Origin: an uncultured Lentisphaerales bacterium
GTDB lineage: Bacteria > Verrucomicrobiota > Lentisphaeria > JABSQK01 > UBA12247
Assembly (NCBI GenBank): GCA_943788985.1
Contig: CALSSJ010000023.1
Location: 96,001 to 160,000 of the forward strand
DNA: 64,000 bases
Reading direction: 5' to 3'
Shown: piece after piece, positions 52,401 through 61,400 of the stretch
Layout: the number at the start of each line of letters is the position of its first letter
How positions within the stretch are numbered: position 1 is the first letter of the stretch
Position numbers and translations under genes: made by a program
Notes under the pieces: model-generated
Database searches by the model: none
The model's input: the letters and a program-made list of their open reading frames with translations, nothing else
What the model was told of the DNA's origin: nothing

Positions 52401-55400
52401 ACGTGGGTGCCGTTAATCACCAATTCGATGCCCTGCGTTGCGGCGCTAACCACCACAGCCAAATGGGTCCATTCATCCTCGACTAGGGCTTCCGCAACAG
52501 CACCGCCAGCAGTCACCAAGTCTCCTTGGACGGTGGTGAAGCGCGCATAGGGATGGCCGCCTTCTAGGCCCAACTCAACAGTTGACGCGCCGTCAACCAC
52601 ATATGCCAGGATCGCGCCGTCAAGGTCGGAACCCGGAGCAATTTGCAGCTCGAAGGTCATGTCTGTGCTCGGGCGATGGAAACGGCCGGACTCTGGCACA
52701 ATGAGACCGGTGTCGTTGCCAGCGGCAGAAACTACGGCTAGATCCAGAGACAGTGACGGCGTAAATGCCAGGGAGCCGTCTGCATTCAGTGGCGCAGCAG
52801 CGTCATAATGCGCCATGCTAAACAGCGGACTGGTAATGAGCGCAAAGCTCTCAGTGCCAGTATCAAGCGGATCGCCTGTGACTTCCAAACGATCATTGAC
52901 GCCGTCGTCGTCTGTGTCTGCCAGATCAGGGCGAGTGCTCACAGTCTGCTCGGCAATATTGATCAACCCGTCGTCATCCGGATCCTCCATGGGGTCCGTG
53001 GTTCCGTCGTTATCGGTGTCGTCCACGGTTGGATTGGTACCAGCAAGATACTCGTAGTTATCCCACAGCCCGTCCGAATCGAAGTCTGTCGGTATCCCAT
53101 CCGTGCCAAAACCAGCAACGGTGAGGTCATCGAAGTAGAACAATTCCCACGCGTCGGGGATGCCATCGCCATCGAAATCCTCTTCGCCTGGTGTCGCAAT
53201 CGCAGCGGTGATAATCGCAGTCCCGCTGAGACGCGCAGATGCCCGTGCATCCTGACGTGCCGTAAAGTCCTCAGCGCCGAGCACATAGGGTGTACCACGG
53301 TCACCGGCTGCCGGGTCTCCGACGATCAATTGGTCCTTGTTGGCTTCGTAGATCCCATCACCGTCGTCGAGCCAGAGATCGTCACCCACATTGTAGTAAA
53401 TACCATCTGAGTTGTTCGCCAAGGTGGCAAAGGAAAGGATTCCGCTTGCAGCGGTGTCTTCTGCGATTAGGCCGCGAATCACTGTGTCATTGGCGGAATT
53501 GTAGACTCTGTCGCCATCATCTTCCCAAATCGCGTCCGTGGCATCGTAGCCATCGCCCGTTCCATCCAGATACATCAACGCTCGCAATGCCTGACCATCG
53601 TCGAAACGGAAGTCTGCAGCCAGCTGTGTGGTATCATAGGCGCCTGCCGCCACGGCCTGATCACGATTGCCCGCGATGAAATCTGCGGTAATGATCATGT
53701 TCAGTCCGTTCCAGATACGGACATCATCAAGATGCCCAGCAAAACCCATGCCGATCACAAGGTCACCAGTGCCGGTTGCCGGTACGGCAGACGTGGCCTC
53801 GGTGATGGTGTTCGTAATGAACGTCCCCTCGAGTTCGCCTTCACCCGGCTGATAAGCGATCAAGGTTAAATCACTCGTCCGGACCTCGCCGCCAATGATG
53901 CTACCGTTCAGAATTACCGCCAAATGGCTCCATTTCTCTGCTGGCAGCGGATCGCCCCCAAGCGTCATGGAGCGGAGCAGGCCAGATTCGGTCTGGTACT
54001 CCACGTACGCATGATTGTCAGCGTCAATCCCGAGCAGGAAGTTGATGTAGCCATCTGCTTCGCGGCGCTTCGATACAATTTCGCCAGCGCCGGTGCCCGC
54101 AGGCCGTACCCAAGCCTCAATGACGCAGGCCTTCAGATCCAGCTTATCCTGTGTTCTATCCCCGCGAACAATGGCAAAGGAAACGGCATCGCCAGGCAAT
54201 TCAAGGACACGAGCAGCACTTGGATCCGTCGAATCAGTTGGATCTGACGTCCCTACTTCTTCCTCTGCGTCCGTCAAACCATCGTCGTCCGAGTCTGGTG
54301 TGGCGGGATTGAGACCTTTGGCGATCTCGTCGCTGTTCAGGAGGCCGTCACCATCCGAGTCTTCGTTGCCATCCAGAATGCCGTTGTCGTCTGAATCCTG
54401 GTCCAGCGGGGACAAATTCAACAGGTACTCGCTGAGGTTTGAAAGACCATCCTGATCAATATCCCCGTCCGCTCCATGATCACCGGTAGCATCGCTGGGC
54501 GACAGGCCATATGCAGTTTCCCAGCTGTCCGGCAGTCCGTCGCCATCAGAATCGGCCACTGGGTTCGCGGTCTCGGCCCCTACGGCGGTGGCGGCTCCAA
54601 CTGGAATACCGGCATGGAGATCTGCATTACGCCAGTCCCGGACCACGGCAATATTGGTGGCAAGCGGACGGCTGGTAGGTACCCAGCCGTTTGTGCCCGC
54701 GGCAAAGAACGCGCCAATGTTGATGTAGTGACTACCGGTGCTGAGATCGCGAACGACTCCGCTTTGCTCGGGCAACGCGAAGACCGCAGCAACATCAGCA
54801 ACCTCGGTTACAATTGGGCCGTCATCGAAGCGGTACAGCGCTGCCACTTGAAATGGCAGGCCTCGGCTGGTGTCACGAAGTGTCTGGATCTCCGCAGTCG
54901 ACAGTGAACGTTGGGCGATAAAGATGTCGTCAATCAGTCCCGCAACACCTTCACCCGCGCGCTGAATGGTCGGCCCCGCACCGTTAGTCGCGCTAGAGGC
55001 GGCGCTCTCGGCGAAGTTGACGCGGTCACCGTTTACATAGAGGGTCAGGTGATGCGTGGCCGCATCGTACGTTGCACTCAGATGTGTCCAAGTCAGCGAG
55101 TCCGCAATCAGTCGGATGCCGTAGAGCTTGACCTCGCCGCCAGCGAGAGAGTCATGGTAGGCAATGAATGGATATACACCGGCTGCCGCATTAGTCGCTG
55201 GATTCGCATCGTCGTAGCCGAGGGCAAAATTATGGCGAGCGCTGCCATCGGCGTTACGCAGATCACGCCGCACCAGATAGCCAGCTGTGTCGCCTGTATC
55301 GGGCCGGACCCAGCCGCCCACGGACCAGGAAGTCAACCGGGCTTCTGCGGAACCAAGGCGACCTTCGGCAGGAACGATAAGGTAAGAATCAGCTGCGCCA

Positions 55401-58400
55401 TTGGTTCGCAGCGCACGTTGCTCATGCGGAAGATTGGCGTCTTCGCCCTGTCCGTTCTCGCGGATCTCACGGGAATCGGCAACGCCATCCCCATCCGTAT
55501 CGACGCGCGATGGTGAGGTGCCCAAGATGCCAATTACTTCACCGTCGCCATTCAGCGCCAATGTCTGCTCGTCCAGGTTACGCAGGCCGTCTCCGTCGGA
55601 GTCCTCGTCAGCATCCAGGATGCCGTTGTTATTGCTGTCGTTCGAGAGCGGGTCGGTACCGAACAGCAGCTCAAAGTAATTGACGAGGCCATCATCATCG
55701 GAATCCGCAGCAGGTGCCGCCTGCGCGTCGTTCCGGTTCTCAAGGCCATACAGGAAGCGATGCCAGAGAAAATCGCGGGCGTCAACCGGCGGCTGAATGG
55801 TTTCCTCGCCTACAGCACCGTACACATACCACTCATTGCTTGGCAGACGCTGCTGGGCCAGTTCGCCGAATGTCGAGTGAAACTCAATTCCGGACACTTC
55901 CGTGATTGGAGCCACATCAGCCCAGCCGGCACCATCAGTTTGATAGACCGAGCAGTCGAAATGCCCAATGCCGTTCGCATTCGAAATCTCAACAGAGGCC
56001 CGGAGCCGCGGCGGGGGCTCGCCCTCGAAATCGAACGGAATCACCGTCATACCGGGACCATTGCCACGGTAGTTTGAGACCTGTTGGCCATTGCCGCTGC
56101 GTCGAACCAAAGACACTGGGCTGTCGATGGGCCAGAACAGGGAGTCCTTGGCCGGTAAACGGGTTCCGTTGATGTAGACATCTTCAATCGTACCATCATG
56201 CACGATGGCGATTTGGAATGTTGAACTGGTACTCACCCAACCGTTGCTGTAGTCGCGAACAAAGAAAGCGTTGTCGGGGCCTTGGCTCAGAACATGCGTA
56301 TCAACGCCTTGGCTACCGAACGGCGTGTTGCTCAGGCGCCAGCCCTTGGGATAGGCCTGGTAAGCGCCGAGGAAATGGAATTCTTCCCACCAGTCCGGCA
56401 GTCCGTCAAAGTCAGAGTCGTCGGCCGGAGCCCGGAACTCACCCGCGGAAGGCTCGGATCCAGCGGGTGTACCCAAGATAGTTGCCGCGTCCAGCGAGAA
56501 CCAATCCGCCGATCCGTCTCCGTCAGTATCGATCACACCAAAGTCTGCCGCTACAATCGCAACCGCCTGGCTCACGGTTAGCCCGCGGTTTGGCACGGTG
56601 AAGTCCTCAATGCTGAGGCCACCATCATCAAAGCGATAGTGCGCTGCAAGACCGGGGGTGCTCCCTTCCAGCAGTAGCTCGCGGCTCGTGCCAATAATTT
56701 CCCCGAATGTACGCAGCGTTGTCCATAGACGCACGTCATCAATCAGCCCTGAGGTAAGGACACGGTCTCCGTCGTCGGTCCCGGCGCCACCCAGGTAGGC
56801 TGCAGAAAGCGCACCGGTAATGCGTCCATCGGGCATGGCCTGTGCAAATTCATTCAGACCATCGATCAACAGCGTAATGCTTCCTGCCTGTTCATCATAG
56901 GCAGCAGCCAAGTGATGCCACTCGCCCTCTTGAAGGACGCCAGCGACGCCGTCGCCACCGGCTTTGTATTCGGCCATGGTTTCGGATTCGAATCGAGCGT
57001 AGGGCCGCCCGTCCTCAATACCGAGCTCGAGGATGGCGCCGCCCCGGATGTCCAAGACCTTCTGGGAGACGATCGCACCGTCCGCATCGTTGCCACGGTT
57101 GAACCACAGTTCGATGGTGGCAAGCCCCGCAGCGAAACGACCACGACGGGGCAATTCAATGCCGCTCCACTGGCGGTTGAGGCCGGTCATTCCAGCCGCC
57201 GCAACTGATAGGTCCAGGCTTTTGGCCTGGAAATATGGTTGTGCCATCGAATAACGTGGGCTGGTCCGGTGCTGGTGATCATCACGAGCATACTCGCCCA
57301 GATCGCCGTCTCGATAGCCGTCGTCGTCTGTATCTTTTAGGTCAGGCCGGAGGAGACGGTCCATCTCTTGCCCGTTCGACAGTCCATCGCCATCCTTATC
57401 TTCGTCGGCATCATTGATACCGTCAAAGTCGGTGTCTACATGCAGTGGGCTGGTGCCCGACCAATACTCGTAAGCATTGCTCAGGCCGTCACCGTCTTCG
57501 TCAAGATCCCGGTCCGCAGCAGATGCGGGGCTATAGCCAAAGCGAATTTCCCAGAGATCCACAATGTCGTCCCCGTCTTCATCCAGCAGTGTGATGCCGG
57601 AGCCGTCAATGATGCTGGCGCCATTCAGCAGCGTTCCGGCATGGGACCACTCTGTGAGCCAATCACTGTCAATGGTAAAGTCTTCGACGCCAGGCAAGCT
57701 CTGCGAGCTGCTGTCGTCGGCCCGGAAGTAGGCGACGAGCCCGCCAGCGGACGTGCCAATGGCACCTGGCAGGTTCAGCATCCCACCAGTGCCTACGCGC
57801 CCGTCGAGGGCCGGAAGCGCTACAACACTGCCCAAGAGAGCTGCCTTGACGGCCGCATAACTGCCGCCGGGCCGACGGGCGTAGACCATGGCGGCAGCAC
57901 CCGCAACATGCGGGCTGGCCATAGAGGTACCACTTTTCGTTCCGTACTGATCGCCGGGTTCTGTGCTGTAGATGTCGACACCCGGGGCACCAAGATCAAC
58001 CGTGGCTACCCCATAGTTTGAGAAGCCCGCCAGGTTGCCGCTGGCATCGATCGCCGCCACAGAGACGATGTTTTCGACCTCGTAGTTGGCAGGATAGAAC
58101 GGATTGGCATCGTTGTCACTTCCATTATTGCCAGCTGCAGCCACGAACAGGCTGTTCGCATCGCGAGCCCGGGTAATGGCATCCTCCAGCGCTTGGCTAA
58201 AGCCGCCACCGCCCCAACTATTGTTCGTCAAGGTTGCGCCGTTATCGGTGGCATAATCGACGGCGAGAATCGCACCGGCAGTGGACCCGGAGCCGGAAGC
58301 CCCCAGAAACTTGAGTGCCATGATCCGCACGTCCCAGTTTACGCCTACGACACCGACACCGTTGTTGCCGACGGCACCAATGGTACCAGCACAATGGGTA

Positions 58401-61400
58401 CCGTGGCTATGGTCGTCATCAGGATCACCATCATTGTTGACGAAGTCGTAGCCGTGGACATCGTCGATGTAGCCATTGCCATCATCGTCGATTCCATTCC
58501 CCGCGATTTCGCCGGAATTCACCCACATGTTGGCGGCGAGGTCCTCATGATCCCAGTCCACACCCGTGTCGATGACACCAACGATAACAGACCGTGCTCC
58601 AGTAGAAATGTCCCACGCTTCGGGAGCATCAATATCGATATCGTCCACACCACCTGTCTGGCCGGTGTTATGCAGACCCCAGAGGCGGTCGAAAGAAGGA
58701 TCGTTGGCTTGACGGTTGATCGAAATCACGTAGTTGGGCTCGGCGTAGCGCACGCCTGGCGTGCTGCGATACTGGAAGATCTTTTCCGCCAGCTCGCTGC
58801 CGTCCAGAATTCTTACCTGCTGCATACCCGATTGCGACGTTGCCACCACTTCCACGCCCAGCTGTGCCTGAATATCAGCACGAACCTCGGCAGACACCGA
58901 ATCGTCAAATCCAACCAGCAGTTCGTCGGCGACATGATCATGAGAGAGCATTTCGGCAGCAGCGATTGGCGCAACGTTGCTGAAGGAACGACGCGGTAGT
59001 TCGGACCCGTAGCCCTGCGCAATATCAGTGGCAGTGCGTGCTGCTGCCCAAATGCGTACCTCGTCCATCAAGCCACCAAAATAGAGGTCGCTGTCGCTCC
59101 CGTCCCCAATGCCGTCCAGCGGTCCACCGACACTCACGCCGCTGGCGAGGCCTGCAGCGTGGTTGGCAAGCACGGTCAACCGCGAACGCTGGGCAACTAG
59201 GTCTCCAGCAACATACAGGTTCAATTCCCCTGTCTCTGGCTCAAACGTGGCAGCAACATGAGTCCACGTTTCCAGTGGAATGAGGAATGAGCTGTCTTTC
59301 AACCAGACATGCCAGACACCCAGTGCTGGGTCGTGCGTCGTATTCGCTCCGACCGAGTAGCTGCGGATGCTGCCATCAGTTTCGCGATTGTCGAAGCGTG
59401 CGTATGGCACCAGGGCCCCTGACTCAAGACGCAGACCCAACTCGTAGTTGAGATCGCCGTTGCTCAGTAGATTGGTGATCAACACACCACCATCGTCTTC
59501 GCCGACTGCAGGCTTGATCATCGCTTCCACAGTCCACGCACTCAGGATATGGCGTGTCTGGTTGGGCACAGCCATCCGGTCATCAGTACCATCGAAGGAG
59601 AGGACGCGCTGATAGATCGGGCTTAACGAATCGGTTGGATCGCTGGTGAGGTCCTTGGTGTCCTGCGTCGTGGTTTGCCCATTGTAGTCGTTCGCGCCGG
59701 TTACTTCTTCACCGTCTGTCAGCCCGTCGTCGTCGGTATCGACCACGAGTGGAAGTGTCCCGTGCTCCTGCTCCTGCAGGTTGGTGAGTCCGTCGTTGTC
59801 CAAGTCACGCTGTCCGTCATCGATGCTGATATTATTCGTGCGAACCGCATTGGGATCTAGCTCAGCGAGATACTCATAGCGGTTGGTCAGCCCATCGTCG
59901 TCTGGGTCGCCAGTTCCATCATAGGCTGTGGTGCTGCCAAAATGGGCCAGCTCCCACGCATCGGGCAAGCCGTCGCCATCGCTATCGGCGGATGGCAGGC
60001 GGACGGGAGCGCCGTCAGTAGTGATGGAGGCGTTAACCAGCGTTGGTGCCCCCTTCCAGCCAGTCTCCCAGCCCGGGCTGTTGACACCGCTCATGTCCTC
60101 AATCCAGCTGCCACCGTCGTCGAAGCGGAAGTAGGCAACCAGATTGCCCGAGCCTGTGAGTCCGGCGCTGCCCAAGCTTCCGCCAGGAACGGGAACAATG
60201 GCCGTGGACCAGAGGGCGACCTCGTCGATCAAGCCCACAAAGTTCTCGCCGACGCGCTGCACGGGCGCACGACGTACGTCTACGGTGTTCGACGTCAGAC
60301 CGGTTGCAGGCGCAGTCCAGTCAGCAACCCCGTTCACATACACGGTGAGCTCCTTGGTCGTGTGGTTATAAGAGCCAGCTACGTGCTGCCAGGCGCCAGT
60401 AGGCAGAGACAGATTGCTGGTCGCCGACCGGGCTACACCATTGCTGTCTTGAAAGCGGGCGTAGACCTGGAAGTTGTTCAGGCCCAATTCGTAGTTGGCC
60501 TGCCCGGCCGTTGTGTTGTCTGCATCGGCCAGATCGTCGATCAACGTGCGGCGCAACAGCACGGCATTCCCGTCTTCTGCACCCAACTTGACCCACATTT
60601 CAATGGTCCAGCTGTCATCGAGTTGATAGTCGAGTGTTGTAGGCAGGCTCAAATAGCCACCGCCGTCCAGCGAGAGAGCGCGGTTGGTGAATGGCACCCG
60701 TGCATCCAATGGATCCTCATCCGCACCATCCTCAACCCCATCGTCATCGGTGTCAGCCAGATCGGCACGGGTGCCGCGTAGTTGTTCAGCCAAAGCGCTC
60801 AGACCGTCGCCATCACGGTCTCGACCGGCGTCTGAGATATCATCGCCGTCGCTGTCTACCGCTAACGGGCTGGTACGATTGTAAAACTCGTGCAAAGCCA
60901 GCAGTTGATCACCATCGTCATCTGTGGCTGCGCCTAACCCGGTTGGACTCCCAGAATAGAGGTCCTCGTACCAGTCGGAGATTCCGTCGCCATCGGCGTC
61001 ATCCGCTGCGATCGACCACGTGACGGCGTTTGCAAGACCGCCAGAGACATGGAGAGGTGCATTCGCTTCGATCACGTCTCCGCTCTCAACCGCTACGACA
61101 TAATCGTAGGGGCTGTAGGCAACAGACTCGCCAGCGACCGTTGGGCTTGGGCGCTGATTTGTAGCCGAACCGGGTACGTGGTACAGCTGCCAAGCAAAGT
61201 CCTCCACCGTGACACCGCCGTCATCGAACCGGTAGTAGGCGACCAAGTCCTGCTGATTGGCCTGAACATAGCCCAAGCGACCAGCGTCCAGTTCTTCTTG
61301 TGAGCGAGCAACAGCCCAGACACGTACCTCATCAAGGCGGGCATCAAGGGCATCGCTACCCATGCTAGCGCCAAACTCGGCAAAGGCATCGGGGGCGGTG

